Source of the DNA: an uncultured Methanosarcinales archaeon
GTDB lineage: Archaea; Nanobdellota; Nanobdellia; Woesearchaeales; CAZYIM01
Length of the DNA: 64,000 nucleotides
Direction: 5' to 3'
Assembly (NCBI GenBank): GCA_964647565.1
Contig: CAZYIM010000001.1
Coordinates: 84,184-148,183, forward strand
Both the position numbers and the translations under genes were made by a program. The notes beneath the pieces are model-generated. The model saw nothing but the letters and a program-made list of their open reading frames with translations. It ran no database searches and was not told the origin of the DNA. Positions 1-10,432 of this stretch are shown here, one piece after another; the stretch's first letter is position 1; the number at the start of each line of letters is the position of its first letter.

Positions 1-1
1 T

Positions 2-718
2 ATAGGTGAGAAGAATGATATCCCTGTGATCTATAACAGCAAGGTACGATTCTTTAAGGATAGAAAAAAGAAGTATTCAGACAGGGATACCCTGATAGAA
101 TATGACAAGAAGAATCTTGAGATGCTAAATAAACAGTCTAAAAAAGATGGCTTCACTATTGACCTGATTGCTCTTGCAGGCTATTGGTCAATTGTTTCAG
201 ATCCAATACTAGAAGCGTTTCCTGATAAGATCATCAATAGCCACCCTGCAGACCTATCGATCCTTGATAAAAATGGAAAGAGGGTGTATGCAGGAACCTA
301 TGGCAGTGATTCGATCTACCAGGCTATGCTGAGAGGGGATAAAGGTACAAAGACCTGCATCCATCTAGTCACAGCAGGTATTGATGAAGGTGAGATCCTG
401 GTGACTTCTGAGCCCCTCACATTCTTCAAGGAAGTTGAGGAACTTAAGAATAAAAAATATGTACGGGGTCGAGGTACTCAGCAAGTCTTTAATGCTGTCA
501 AGGAAGCTGGCCTCAGGGCTGCTTCAAGATATCATCAGGAGCTTCAGAAGCAAAGATGCGACTATCCTGCCTATATTACTGCAATGAACCTGATTGCTTT
601 AGACAGGTTTTCGATTGTGGAAGAAGAGGGTGTCAGGCCTATAATCTTCGAAGATGTAGCTGATGAGGTAGAGTTGCCTTATCAAGGATATGACATGGCC
701 AAACGCGGACCTTTCTAG
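2..718 (+). CDS. Formyltransferase family protein (PurN/GAR transformylase-like), 5'-truncated by window edge
   Basis: Motifs LIALAGY, INSHP, IHLVTAGIDEGEIL match the formyltransferase N-x-H-P / H-x-V-x3-D-x-G pattern; frame is open from position 2. Confidence 0.75.
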   Translation: MGEKNDIPVIYNSKVRFFKDRKKKYSDRDTLIEYDKKNLEMLNKQSKKDGFTIDLIALAGYWSIVSDPILEAFPDKIINSHPADLSILDKNGKRVYAGTYGSDSIYQAMLRGDKGTKTCIHLVTAGIDEGEILVTSEPLTFFKEVEELKNKKYVRGRGTQQVFNAVKEAGLRAASRYHQELQKQRCDYPAYITAMNLIALDRFSIVEEEGVRPIIFEDVADEVELPYQGYDMAKRGPF

Positions 719-1695
719 AATACTCCTCCTCTCCAGAGTATGAATACAAGATAGATTAAATACATGACCACAAAGATAACTCCCTGATATACATCCAGCT
801 GCTTTTTTTTCTTGCCCACGAACATAAAGGCGAACAATAAGAATGTTGCAAAGAGCAGGTAGATGATGTCTATAGATATGTTGCCAGGCACTGCAATGGG
901 CTTGATTAATGCGCTTGCCCCGAGCACATATGCAATATTGAAGACATTTGATCCTATTATGTTGCCAACTGCCATGTCAACCTTGTTCTTCTTGGCAGCA
1001 ACAATACAGGTTACTAGCTCTGGAAAAGATGTGCCCAATGAAATTATGGTTGCGCTTATCAGGAATTCTGACATGCCCAACTGCCTTGCCATCACAACCG
1101 CCCCGTCCACAATCCATTTGCCACCCAAGAAAAGACCAATAATTCCTACAACAATCATTCCGATGGAAAGCCAGATATTTCTCTGTTTCACATCAAACAT
1201 ATCACTCTCAACCTGGAGGCGGGTTTTCTTCACCATCTCATAAGCATAGTAAAGGAAGATGAAAAAGAACGCAAGCATCATAATTGCGTCTGACCTGCTG
1301 AATACAGATGTCTGCAGATTGTCAATGACCTTGTCATGCACAGCAACGAACAATATCAATGTCGCCAGGAAGCTGAAAGGTATCTCTTTCCAGACAGTAG
1401 AATGGTGTACGTCGATATGATGTACTAAGGCAGTCACGCCTAATATTAATAAAAGATTGAAGAGATTACTTCCAATGATATTACCAATAGCAATGCCCCC
1501 GCTGCCATTCAGGGCTGCAATCACATTAACTACAAATTCAGGCATGGATGTGCCAAAAGCAACCACTGTCAAACCAATGACCAATGCAGAGACCTTGAAT
1601 CTCTTGGCAATAGAAGATGCACCCTCAACAAGAAGGTCTGCACCCTTGATGATAAAAAAAAATCCTATTACAAACAGTATATAAGTTAATATCAT
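715..1695 (-). CDS. Calcium/sodium antiporter (YrbG-like, CaCA family)
   Basis: Two alpha repeats GTSMPE...GNIIGSN and GTSFPE...GNIIGSN; about 10 TM segments. Confidence 0.93.
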   Translation of the reverse strand: MILTYILFVIGFFFIIKGADLLVEGASSIAKRFKVSALVIGLTVVAFGTSMPEFVVNVIAALNGSGGIAIGNIIGSNLFNLLLILGVTALVHHIDVHHSTVWKEIPFSFLATLILFVAVHDKVIDNLQTSVFSRSDAIMMLAFFFIFLYYAYEMVKKTRLQVESDMFDVKQRNIWLSIGMIVVGIIGLFLGGKWIVDGAVVMARQLGMSEFLISATIISLGTSFPELVTCIVAAKKNKVDMAVGNIIGSNVFNIAYVLGASALIKPIAVPGNISIDIIYLLFATFLLFAFMFVGKKKKQLDVYQGVIFVVMYLIYLVFILWRGGVF

Positions 1696-1736
1696 ATATG
1701 ACTCTCTAGAGTTAAGCTTTAAAAAGTTTGTTGTAG

Positions 1737-2225
1737 TTACAGTCGAATGCTAGGATCCACAACTATCCTTATGTTTGCTTCTCTGACGAATTTCTCAGCA
1801 AGCTCAAAGTTATATGACTGATTCTGCAGCTTTGGAAGAAGGATATGGTTAGCCTTATCCTGGTAGATTTCGTCAGGAGTAACCAATTTCTCTATACCTG
1901 CCTCGACTATGGCTCCAGCACATGTTGAGCAGGGAAACCATTCGTTCATATGTATAGTACCTCCGCCCAATACATAACCAGCTTGTGCTGCATGTGAAAT
2001 GCCTTTTATTTCTGCATGGATGCCAGTACAGAGTTCCATGCCTTCACCAGAAGGATAACCCGCCCTTAGGCAGCCATCATGCGGAATGCCTCTTGTAGGA
2101 GGTCCGTTCCAGCCAAGAATATAATTGTGCGATACAGTCTCGATCACAACTGCAACTGCATGTTTCTCGCAAACTTTCTCCAAAAGAGCTTTATTAAGTA
2201 AATCTCTTATTTTATTCACTAACAA
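1737..2225 (-). CDS. dCMP/cytidine deaminase family zinc protein
   Basis: GWNG, HAE and PCSTC zinc motifs. Confidence 0.85.
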   Translation of the reverse strand: MLVNKIRDLLNKALLEKVCEKHAVAVVIETVSHNYILGWNGPPTRGIPHDGCLRAGYPSGEGMELCTGIHAEIKGISHAAQAGYVLGGGTIHMNEWFPCSTCAGAIVEAGIEKLVTPDEIYQDKANHILLPKLQNQSYNFELAEKFVREANIRIVVDPSIRL

Positions 2226-2281
2226 CCACCCCTGGAATCTAGGATAATCAAAATAATATATATTCTTTTCTATGCTCGATA

Positions 2282-2515
2282 CTATAGTTTAGCTTTTGCT
2301 TCCTTGCCCCAGCGAACAGAATTCCACGCCCGTTCATGTATATAGTAGAAGAGCATCTTAAGACTTATCTCAAAGACACTGACACCTAATGTCAATGTGA
2401 AGCTGCCAGTAAAGATATAGACCAGGATTGCAGTGGTCAACGATGCTATGACCCTCCAGGTTATTGCCTTTACAACGCTCCTTTCATGTTTCTCCTTGAA
2501 TAGTTTTTTAATCAT
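2282..2515 (-). CDS. Small membrane protein, DUF2061-like
   Basis: RSVVKAITWR...YYIHERAW pattern; ATG at 2515. Confidence 0.8.
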   Translation of the reverse strand: MIKKLFKEKHERSVVKAITWRVIASLTTAILVYIFTGSFTLTLGVSVFEISLKMLFYYIHERAWNSVRWGKEAKAKL

Positions 2516-2601
2516 TGAACGCACCTCTTGTAAGAGTTATTAGGAAGTTCTGTTTAATATTTTTCGGTAAGGTTTATATATGTGTTAGATTTAAGATAGT
2601 T

Positions 2602-2931
2602 ATGGAAGTGAAGAACAAAGCAGTGGGAACCAAGGGCTTCAAATTGTTTATTGAGATAAACGGCAAAGAGCTGGCCAGGGCATATCTTTATGTGCTCAAG
2701 AATAACCTGCACCGCCAGCCTTTTGGCCTGATGGAAGATGTCTTTGTCGCTGAAGAATGCAGGGGTAAAGGTATAGGGTCTGAATTGGTCAAACAAGTCA
2801 TTGTAAAGGCTATCTCAATGGACTGTTATAAGCTGATCTGTACCTCAAGGCATTCCAAGCCAAAAGTCCACGAGCTCTATCTCAAGCTGGGTTTCAAGGA
2901 TCACGGCAGGGAATTTAGGCTGGACTTCTAA
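2602..2931 (+). CDS. GNAT family N-acetyltransferase
   Basis: EDVFV..ECRGKGIG acetyl-CoA motif, LYLKLGF; ATG at 2602 follows a TATA-like TTTATATA. Confidence 0.88.
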   Translation: MEVKNKAVGTKGFKLFIEINGKELARAYLYVLKNNLHRQPFGLMEDVFVAEECRGKGIGSELVKQVIVKAISMDCYKLICTSRHSKPKVHELYLKLGFKDHGREFRLDF

Positions 2932-2968
2932 AAAGCTTTTTATATGGACTTGTATTTCCTCTTCTATA

Positions 2969-3271
2969 ATGGAACCTGAAATTAGAGTAGTTGATGGAAA
3001 ATTGGTCTGTGACTATGGATCACACTGCTGGGCTGAAGGTGTTATCGATGGAAATATTTTTAAGATCACTTATCACGAACCAGAACACATAATGATAGGC
3101 AGTGTTGAAGGTAATCCTAATGATATTAAAGAATGCACTATCGAGCACAAACTCGACTGTTTACCCGCAGATCGGATGAAGAGTGCAAGGACAATCTTCA
3201 AAAGGGACCTTGGCTATGTTGCCAGGATAAGCGGAGATCAGTTTCCACCGATGGATTATTTCTTCATGTAG
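2969..3271 (+). CDS. Hypothetical protein
   Basis: 100-aa ORF preceded by TTTTATAT box; no motif recognised. Confidence 0.6.
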   Translation: MEPEIRVVDGKLVCDYGSHCWAEGVIDGNIFKITYHEPEHIMIGSVEGNPNDIKECTIEHKLDCLPADRMKSARTIFKRDLGYVARISGDQFPPMDYFFM

Positions 3272-3939
3272 AACATTCTTTTCTTTTCATCAAACCTTTC
3301 TATAGCATATCTAAGCATGGTCCTGGGCATATGCTTGTAGTGTTTTATTAGGAATCTTTCTTCAACTGCCTGGTCTTTCTTACCTATCTCCCTTAGCATC
3401 CAGCCAACAGCCTTGTGGATCAGGTCATGCTTGTCTTTTAACAGGATTTCAGCGATTTTCAATGAGTCATTGAAATCTTCCTCTCTTATGAAATAGAAGG
3501 TTGAGATAATTGAGATGCGTTTTTCCCAAAGGTCTTTTGATCTGGCTAGTTGGTATAGTATTGATCTGTCCTTGTCAAACAGGTAGTGCCCGACAACATG
3601 AGGAGATGTAACATCGACCAAGTCCCAGTTGTTGATTCTATTAGTGTTTTTTAGGTAGAAATCATAGTATTTTTTCTTGTCTTTTGATTGTTTGTATTTG
3701 TTGACTAACACAATCAAACCTGTCATCCTGTGCTCATGGACTTTACTGTTGAGCAGGGCTTGGATCTCAGTCAATGAAAGCTGAGTGAATTTTTTTGCTA
3801 TAGCTCTCTGCTCAGGCATAGTAACTCCGATGAACTTGTCACCTTCACCATACTGACCCTTGCCTGTCTTGAAGAATCTTTGTAGAATTTTGGCCTTGTC
3901 GGGCCTTGCATGTTTTTGCAGCTCTTTTTTTATATCCAT
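3256..3939 (-). CDS. DNA alkylation repair glycosylase (AlkD family)
   Basis: FFKTGKGQYGEGD, INNWDLVD, HDLIHKAVGWMLRE, MPRTMLRYAIE; start set to MDIKKEL. Confidence 0.92.
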   Translation of the reverse strand: MDIKKELQKHARPDKAKILQRFFKTGKGQYGEGDKFIGVTMPEQRAIAKKFTQLSLTEIQALLNSKVHEHRMTGLIVLVNKYKQSKDKKKYYDFYLKNTNRINNWDLVDVTSPHVVGHYLFDKDRSILYQLARSKDLWEKRISIISTFYFIREEDFNDSLKIAEILLKDKHDLIHKAVGWMLREIGKKDQAVEERFLIKHYKHMPRTMLRYAIERFDEKKRMFYMKK

Positions 3940-3991
3940 GTTCCAAGTGTAAAACATATTATTTATAAATTTTGAGAAATTCCCTTTATTT

Positions 3992-4906
3992 ATGTATGAT
4001 CTGGTTGGTCTGACCAATGCTATCACAGACGTGGTTGTTGGGGTAAAGGAAAAGGATTTAACAAGGTTTGGTCTAAATAAAGGAGTCTATAATCGAAGAA
4101 GTGAAATCCCTTTTGATGAGATTCTCAAATTTATGTCTTTGAGTGATTCTGTATCCATTCCAGGAGGCTCGCCAGCCAATGTTGTGCACGGAGTTGCTAA
4201 ACTTGGTGGCAAGACAGCCCTCTTTGGCACTGTTGGCAAGGATAACTATGGCACCTTGTTCAGAGAGCATATTGTCAGTGCAGGAATAGATCCATTCATA
4301 AGAACAGTCGAGGGAAAAAGTGCGGTATGTTATATTCTAGTTACACCTGATGGAGAAAAGACCCCCTTTGCAGACCTTGGTGTTGCAAACCAGTTTGAAT
4401 ATACTAAGGAACTGATGGCAAATACAAAGATGTTTCACACTTCCGGCTATGAGCTGGTCAACAATCCAGAGAAGACTAGGGAGCTAATTGAATATGCATT
4501 GTCAAGAGGCGCCATTTTGAGCTATGACCTGGCAGCGCCCATTGAGATTGCAAAAGAGAGGAAACAGGTAGAGGATTTATTGGCTGAGGTTGATGTGCTC
4601 TTTTCTACAGAGGAAGAATGCACAGAGATAATGGAGATGGAGCTTGAGTATGCAGAGGCACAATTAGCAGATATTGTACCGGTCCTGGCCTTGAAAAGAG
4701 GTGCAAGGGGATCCACTGTCTATAAAGGCGGGAATAAACAGGACATACCTATAGTTGATGTGAGGATTATAAACAGAAACGGTGCTGGCGATGGCTATGC
4801 AGCTGGTTTCCTGAGCGAATATCTCAAAGGCTCAGATGTTGAAACTTGCGGCAAGAAAGGCAGTGAATATGCTGCGTATGTTTGTTCTAGAGTGCAGCCG
4901 TTTTAA
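3992..4906 (+). CDS. PfkB family carbohydrate/adenosine kinase
   Basis: PGGSPAN, G.VGKD.YG, NGAGDGYAAG signature. Confidence 0.92.
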   Translation: MYDLVGLTNAITDVVVGVKEKDLTRFGLNKGVYNRRSEIPFDEILKFMSLSDSVSIPGGSPANVVHGVAKLGGKTALFGTVGKDNYGTLFREHIVSAGIDPFIRTVEGKSAVCYILVTPDGEKTPFADLGVANQFEYTKELMANTKMFHTSGYELVNNPEKTRELIEYALSRGAILSYDLAAPIEIAKERKQVEDLLAEVDVLFSTEEECTEIMEMELEYAEAQLADIVPVLALKRGARGSTVYKGGNKQDIPIVDVRIINRNGAGDGYAAGFLSEYLKGSDVETCGKKGSEYAAYVCSRVQPF

Positions 4907-7182
4907 GGGTAGGTTTCAGTCTTATGCAAGAAAAGTGAATCATAATCTTTAGCTAAACTTACATCATAATAGTGAAGACGCTCACCTAGCTCTTCAGGTC
5001 CAAAGAAATGTTTTGTCCCATCTGCTTTTGGAAAGGAAACTGCTATATTAAAATAGCTGCATACTGCCCTGAAGAGTTCTTCAGGATATCTGTCAAAAGA
5101 ACTTGTTCCCAAGCATTTCCCAAGATCATATTCACTCTGGTTATGGGTAACCCCGACGAGTTTTGTTTTGTTAATCCTGTCTTCATACATCTCGATCTTG
5201 AGTTTTGTGTACTGCAGCTTGAATTGGTCAATGCCTGCAGGAACAAGACCTGCTTCATGTGACAAGGGCTCCATTACAGTTACATTATCAGTGTCAAGGT
5301 ATGACTTGATCATTTCTGATGAATCATTGACATCCTTATAAGGCAGAACATAAACCTTACCACCTTCTTCAATATGTCTATCAAGATCTGGTTTCATGCA
5401 GAACTCATTGTACTGATACCATTCATTGTCTAGATGTGTTTTGGCCAGATCAGGATGCAAGATGATATAGGCTTCATATTTCCGGTCTGCAGGTTCTGTT
5501 TCGCCTGTAAGCATCTTTTCCTGGGTTATTGCTGTGATCTCAAGAGGTTTTATATCTTCAACGAACTTTTTACTTTTCATTTGTGCAATTCTACCCCTGA
5601 GTTCCGGCAAAGGGATGCCCATGTTGAATTCCAATAATCTCAATATGTTTCCACAAGCCTGATCATCCATTTTCTCGAAATACCAATATCTTGCGCCAGA
5701 TAAAACACCTAAAAGCACATCGTATTGATAAATTTCATCCAAAGTTTCAGGAGTGACAGTTTCCCCTTTTAGTTCATTCTGAGTGACCTTCAAAAGATGA
5801 GCTTTCCACTCTTCCTGATATGGCAGTAAGTTTTCCTCACCACCATGTTTATTATAATGACGTTCAGTTGTAACATCTTCACCACTATTTATCTTATCTA
5901 TATTATCTTGAGATTCTCTACTGTAAACATGACCATTTATCATTCCCCTGCTAGTGCATTCAAGATAATAATGTATGAAATCACTGCTTAAATTTTCATA
6001 ATAGTACCTTATCTTTCCTGCCACCTCAGGATTGAACTTGACAGCTGTATGGCCGATGTCTTCATAGACATAATGAAGGTCATTCCAATTGCCTAATTGG
6101 TCTACATTAAGCTGTGTTAATAAATAGTCAAGCAGGCCCATGCCAATCACTCTCTTTTGGTCTGGAGTGATCTTGTCTTTGATTTTGCTCATTCTAAAAT
6201 GCATTAATCTGAAATGGATGCTCAGTCCTTGATCGATATTATCAATAACCTTATGATAGATTTTTGTAGCTTCTTCGTCTACAGCACCAGTTTCATCAAG
6301 CACTTTTTCTTCCAGTGATTTTTTAAGAAGTTCTTTAACTGGATTTTTGGTTCCATACAGATGATAGAATGCGCCTATCGGCTCATTAGATCTTTTAACT
6401 ATGGCTTTTGTTTCTTGTTTGGGTATTTCTACGCCATATTGAGGGAACAAGGATAATGATTCATCTGACAATGCCCTGAAATCATAAATGCCAAGCCATC
6501 TGTCCCAGAGTGAGCTTTGCCCTCTGTGATCAAAAAAGCCTGGAATCTGTCTTTTTACCAGTTCCTCATAGAACTTGATATATCTGTCATCAAACTTCTT
6601 GATATCCAATGGCTCCAGCTTAACTGATGCTCTCAATGGATTGAATGTAGTAGGTAATAGTAAAAGATTGACTCCATAATAATCCTTCAGCTCATCTGGA
6701 AGCAGATTATATTCTGGAACTTTTAATAGGGTTTTTTTAAGGTTTCTAGCAGAAATATCTGGGTTGGTCCAGGTCTTGCCCTTTTTTTCCAAGATGCCTG
6801 ATTCAAGAAGAGCTCGAGGGATATTACTGGAGATTTCTGTGGCAGCTGTGTCCAATTCATTAAAAGTCTTGAATTCACCTGAATATCCTTGAAAAGATTT
6901 GAAGAGTGATGTTGCAATAGCAAGATATATTGGAAATTTGAAATCTGGTAGAAGAATGCCAGGAATCCTATTAAGCCCTTGAGCAAGTTTCCTTATCCTA
7001 TCCAGCTTGCTCTTATACTCACCTTTTTGAAATTTGTTGTAAGCCCAGTCAACTTCTTGATCCAGGCCAAAGAATCCAAAGTCCGGCGGTGTATCTGCTG
7101 GGAAAAACAGTTCCTGACCATCTTTATCAAGGGCAATGTTCCTAAGATCTGGAACGTCCGAATTCCTTTTTACAGGTAGCAT
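4903..7182 (-). CDS. Large hypothetical protein (~759 aa)
   Basis: Long ORF; start moved to ATG 7182 because the minus-strand TATA (7207-7214) lies inside the longer GTG ORF; no family recognised. Confidence 0.7.
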   Translation of the reverse strand: MLPVKRNSDVPDLRNIALDKDGQELFFPADTPPDFGFFGLDQEVDWAYNKFQKGEYKSKLDRIRKLAQGLNRIPGILLPDFKFPIYLAIATSLFKSFQGYSGEFKTFNELDTAATEISSNIPRALLESGILEKKGKTWTNPDISARNLKKTLLKVPEYNLLPDELKDYYGVNLLLLPTTFNPLRASVKLEPLDIKKFDDRYIKFYEELVKRQIPGFFDHRGQSSLWDRWLGIYDFRALSDESLSLFPQYGVEIPKQETKAIVKRSNEPIGAFYHLYGTKNPVKELLKKSLEEKVLDETGAVDEEATKIYHKVIDNIDQGLSIHFRLMHFRMSKIKDKITPDQKRVIGMGLLDYLLTQLNVDQLGNWNDLHYVYEDIGHTAVKFNPEVAGKIRYYYENLSSDFIHYYLECTSRGMINGHVYSRESQDNIDKINSGEDVTTERHYNKHGGEENLLPYQEEWKAHLLKVTQNELKGETVTPETLDEIYQYDVLLGVLSGARYWYFEKMDDQACGNILRLLEFNMGIPLPELRGRIAQMKSKKFVEDIKPLEITAITQEKMLTGETEPADRKYEAYIILHPDLAKTHLDNEWYQYNEFCMKPDLDRHIEEGGKVYVLPYKDVNDSSEMIKSYLDTDNVTVMEPLSHEAGLVPAGIDQFKLQYTKLKIEMYEDRINKTKLVGVTHNQSEYDLGKCLGTSSFDRYPEELFRAVCSYFNIAVSFPKADGTKHFFGPEELGERLHYYDVSLAKDYDSLFLHKTETYP

Positions 7183-7224
7183 ATATGCAGAAAAACACAC
7201 TTCCTCTTTATAAAGGTTTTGATT

Positions 7225-7248
7225 TTTTACCACTAATGGGTGATAAAA
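7225..7248. promoter_or_regulatory. Best copy of palindromic promoter-proximal motif TTTTACCACT-N4-AGTGATAAAA
   Basis: TTTTACCACT-AATG-GGTGATAAAA, 10 nt from TATA 7207-7214; further copies listed in findings. Confidence 0.7.
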
Positions 7249-7249
7249 C

Positions 7250-7930
7250 TCAAAGCCTGTTTGTCTTTAAATACCATTCCTTGCGGAACTGGATTAAGAA
7301 GGATCTCATAAATGTATGACGATCTTCTGCAAGCTTATGCGCAGTCTCTGTATTCATGTTATCCTTTAATTTCAGCAGTTTATCATAGAAATGATGTATT
7401 GCAGATGGTTCTGCAGCATCATGCTCATCATATGTTGCTTTTTCCTGTACCAGATCAGGATTCCAAAGAGCCATCTTGTGTGCCCCTGCATAGGAAAAAG
7501 CCCTTGAAACGCCTATAGCCCCTAATGCATCAAGGTTGTCTGCGTCCTGAACAATCAAAGTGTTGATGTCAGTGACCTGGTTGCCTTTTTTAGAGAATGA
7601 ATAGTTCTCGTGATGTTCTATGCAGTAAAGGATCATTTTTTGCTTATCCAATGGCATCCTGCACTCATCCAGAATAATCTTGGCTTCACCTAAAGATTCC
7701 TTGGGAGAAACATATTGTTCCCTGTCAACAGACATGAACCTGTGCAGGTCATGGATAGAAAGGGCAGTACCGATCACCAATCTGTCGCCACCTTCACGCT
7801 CCTGTATATAAAGGCCTAGATCTCGTGCTCTCTTGTGATGGTAGAGATCATGATCAGGCGAAAAACAATCAGTATACAACTCCATATGCTTGTCCAGAAT
7901 CATGAATAATTGTTCAAGCTGCTCTTCCAT
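7250..7930 (-). CDS. HD-domain phosphohydrolase (YedJ-like)
   Basis: HD..H, IHDL, EHH, QDADNLDALGAIGVSR, HFYDKLL, A..RH. Confidence 0.9.
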   Translation of the reverse strand: MEEQLEQLFMILDKHMELYTDCFSPDHDLYHHKRARDLGLYIQEREGGDRLVIGTALSIHDLHRFMSVDREQYVSPKESLGEAKIILDECRMPLDKQKMILYCIEHHENYSFSKKGNQVTDINTLIVQDADNLDALGAIGVSRAFSYAGAHKMALWNPDLVQEKATYDEHDAAEPSAIHHFYDKLLKLKDNMNTETAHKLAEDRHTFMRSFLIQFRKEWYLKTNRL

Positions 7931-8393
7931 AAGATTGGGAAAAATTAACTAGTTTATAATCCTTTCTTTTAAGGCGGACATACATCCTCTCGTAAGGGAA
8001 TTGTTTGGTTCCAAAGCCATGCTCATCCCTAAGATAGAGTGCCCTGTTTGAGTCAAAAGCCACCTTGAAATGCGGTGTTTTCTGAGCCCATATAGACTCA
8101 TAGCAGCTTGGTCCAAAATGTATGAATTCGACAAGATGATCTTTCTGCCATTTCCGTTCCATATGGCAGTATTCTAATACGCTTGGTTTTCCCCAGTCCG
8201 GTTGTATATCGTCCTTGAAAAGATCATCAGAAGTGGATGATTTACCTTTTCTCGAATAGAATTCTAATTTCGTTCCCTTGGGTTCAAACAGCTGTTTAAG
8301 TTGTTCTTCAAAAGCCAGGAAGTTATCATACATAAGATCATAAGGTTCCATTGAATTAACTAGTTCTACCAATTGATTGTGGTTAAGAGACAT
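7914..8393 (-). CDS. Hypothetical protein
   Basis: 159-aa ORF overlapping the HD gene start. Confidence 0.6.
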   Translation of the reverse strand: MSLNHNQLVELVNSMEPYDLMYDNFLAFEEQLKQLFEPKGTKLEFYSRKGKSSTSDDLFKDDIQPDWGKPSVLEYCHMERKWQKDHLVEFIHFGPSCYESIWAQKTPHFKVAFDSNRALYLRDEHGFGTKQFPYERMYVRLKRKDYKLVNFSQSYGRAA

Positions 8394-8466
8394 AAAAAAG
8401 GGAAAGATGAGGTAATATTTAATTATTTACGTTAAATTTTTAATATATTTTATCTTTCTCTCCTCT

Positions 8467-8991
8467 ATGAACGTAAAAGAAGCTATTGAAAAAAGAAGGA
8501 GTATTAGGAAGTATGATGACAAAGAGGTTACCGAAGAGGTTTTAAGGGAGCTTATCGACGCTGCTAGACTGGCGCCGTCAGGCAACAATGCCCAGCCATG
8601 GTATTTCAAGATAGTTACCAGTGCAGAGGACAAAAAGAAACTGAAGGATAGTAATATGTATCCGCAGGACTTTGTCTATACTGCACCAGTGCTTATTATT
8701 TGTTGTGCAGATCCAAGCGTCTATCCTGCTGGCGAATTCATCAAGGGCATGGATCATCCAAACCAGGTAAGGGCCATAAGGGACCTGTCGTTGGCTTGCG
8801 AGAATTTAGTGTTAAGAGCTGTTGAGCTTGGACTTGGCACCTGCTATATTGGATGGATGGACAAGGAAAAGGTCAAGGATCTGCTGGATATACCAAAGGA
8901 TTACATTGTTCCCTACACAATAACTGTAGGCTATCCTGCTGGTGGAGCCGGTGAGCCAAAGAAGAAGAGTGCTGACGATATTTTACTTTAG
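8467..8991 (+). CDS. Nitroreductase family protein
   Basis: RRSIRKY, APSGNNAQPW, GLGTCYIG, TVGYP. Confidence 0.93.
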   Translation: MNVKEAIEKRRSIRKYDDKEVTEEVLRELIDAARLAPSGNNAQPWYFKIVTSAEDKKKLKDSNMYPQDFVYTAPVLIICCADPSVYPAGEFIKGMDHPNQVRAIRDLSLACENLVLRAVELGLGTCYIGWMDKEKVKDLLDIPKDYIVPYTITVGYPAGGAGEPKKKSADDILL

Positions 8992-9013
8992 TTGAACATA
9001 TTCAGGTGGTTAA

Positions 9014-9481
9014 ATGCAAGAGCTATACATAGATGATATTATTGAGAAGACTAAGAAATTAAGCAAAGAGAAGAAGCATAAGAAGACAAAATTCTATAAC
9101 TTAATTGGTGAAGTCGTGCCTGATGAATGCCACATCCATCTTTCTACCAAAGAATGCACTATAATCATATTTGACGAAAAAAAACAGAGCTACACGAAAG
9201 CAGCAGTAGATTATAAATCAGGATCATATCAAGGTAGAACAATTCTCCCGACAGATGAAATTTTCAGTCTCGATAACTATAAAGCTACCTCCTCAATTAT
9301 TCCAAGCTATTGCTTTAATTATCCTTCTAATAAATGGACTGTTGGCCCGTTTATTCTGTTTGTAAAAAAAATATTCACACACAATCACTCTCCTGTTGCT
9401 GAAATCGGACAGTTGATAGATAAAGATTATCCTGTAAAGTATTACGCACCAAGAACAGATAAGATACCAACAATAGAATAA
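9014..9481 (+). CDS. IPTIE-array paralogue 1 (unknown function)
   Basis: MQELYIDD...RTDKIPTIE; homologous to next six ORFs. Confidence 0.85.
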   Translation: MQELYIDDIIEKTKKLSKEKKHKKTKFYNLIGEVVPDECHIHLSTKECTIIIFDEKKQSYTKAAVDYKSGSYQGRTILPTDEIFSLDNYKATSSIIPSYCFNYPSNKWTVGPFILFVKKIFTHNHSPVAEIGQLIDKDYPVKYYAPRTDKIPTIE

Positions 9482-9483
9482 AA

Positions 9484-9936
9484 ATGCAAGAGCTATACAT
9501 AGATGATGTGATTGAGAAAGCACATGATCTAGAAAAACAAAAGAAGTATAAGAAAAAGATTTTCACAGAACGTCTCTTGGCTTTGATGCCAAAAAAAGGT
9601 CACATAGTACTCAGCGGCAAGAGGGGAGATATCATCATTTATGATCAGAAAAGCCAGTCCTATAGAAAAGCTTTATTTGATATCGAAGACGGCAATCCGA
9701 TTGCAGGAAACCAACTTTTTGAGATCGAAGATTACAAACCGTCCATACCAATAACTAATGAATACTTGATGGATGAGTTAACCACTGCTAAAGAAGCTGC
9801 AAATTTTATTTGTTTTTTAATAGGATTACATGACAAATACAAATCTCCAGTCATTGAGTTCGGCAGGAGAGCAAACAGATATTTTCCTATAAAGGCTTAC
9901 TCTCAAAGAACAGACAGGATACCAACAATAGAATAA
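9484..9936 (+). CDS. IPTIE-array paralogue 2
   Basis: MQELYIDD...RTDRIPTIE. Confidence 0.85.
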   Translation: MQELYIDDVIEKAHDLEKQKKYKKKIFTERLLALMPKKGHIVLSGKRGDIIIYDQKSQSYRKALFDIEDGNPIAGNQLFEIEDYKPSIPITNEYLMDELTTAKEAANFICFLIGLHDKYKSPVIEFGRRANRYFPIKAYSQRTDRIPTIE

Positions 9937-9938
9937 AA

Positions 9939-10430
9939 ATGGAAATACCAACAATAGATGACTGGCTGGAAAAAGCAGATCAATTAAGCCAAAAGAAAAA
10001 ATATAAGAACAAAAACCTAGTTGAGAGACTGGGCAATATAATGCCTAAAAAAGGTAAGTTTTACCTGTCCGGTAAGCAAGGCACTGTCATATATTTTAAT
10101 ATTCCAAGTGAGAGCTATAAGCAAGCCATCCTGGGATTCAGTAATAAACAAGAGGCCCAGTTCGAATATAATTTAGAATATATCTTTCCGGGAGAAAAAT
10201 CATTCAGTCTTGAAGGCTATAAAGCAACAATTCCAATAACCAACAAAGAATTTTTTTATTATCCCTATAAGTCAGAAGAAAAGCACAATGGTGCTCAATT
10301 CCTTTATTTTATCCTTAAGTTGTTCAAGGAGTACAAATCACCAATCATGCAGATAGGACAAAAAAAGAACAGGTTCTATCCGTTCCAGTTCTACGGCCCA
10401 AGAAAAGACAAGATACCAACAATAGAATAA
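9939..10430 (+). CDS. IPTIE-array paralogue 3
   Basis: MEIPTIDD...RKDKIPTIE. Confidence 0.85.
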   Translation: MEIPTIDDWLEKADQLSQKKKYKNKNLVERLGNIMPKKGKFYLSGKQGTVIYFNIPSESYKQAILGFSNKQEAQFEYNLEYIFPGEKSFSLEGYKATIPITNKEFFYYPYKSEEKHNGAQFLYFILKLFKEYKSPIMQIGQKKNRFYPFQFYGPRKDKIPTIE

Positions 10431-10432
10431 AA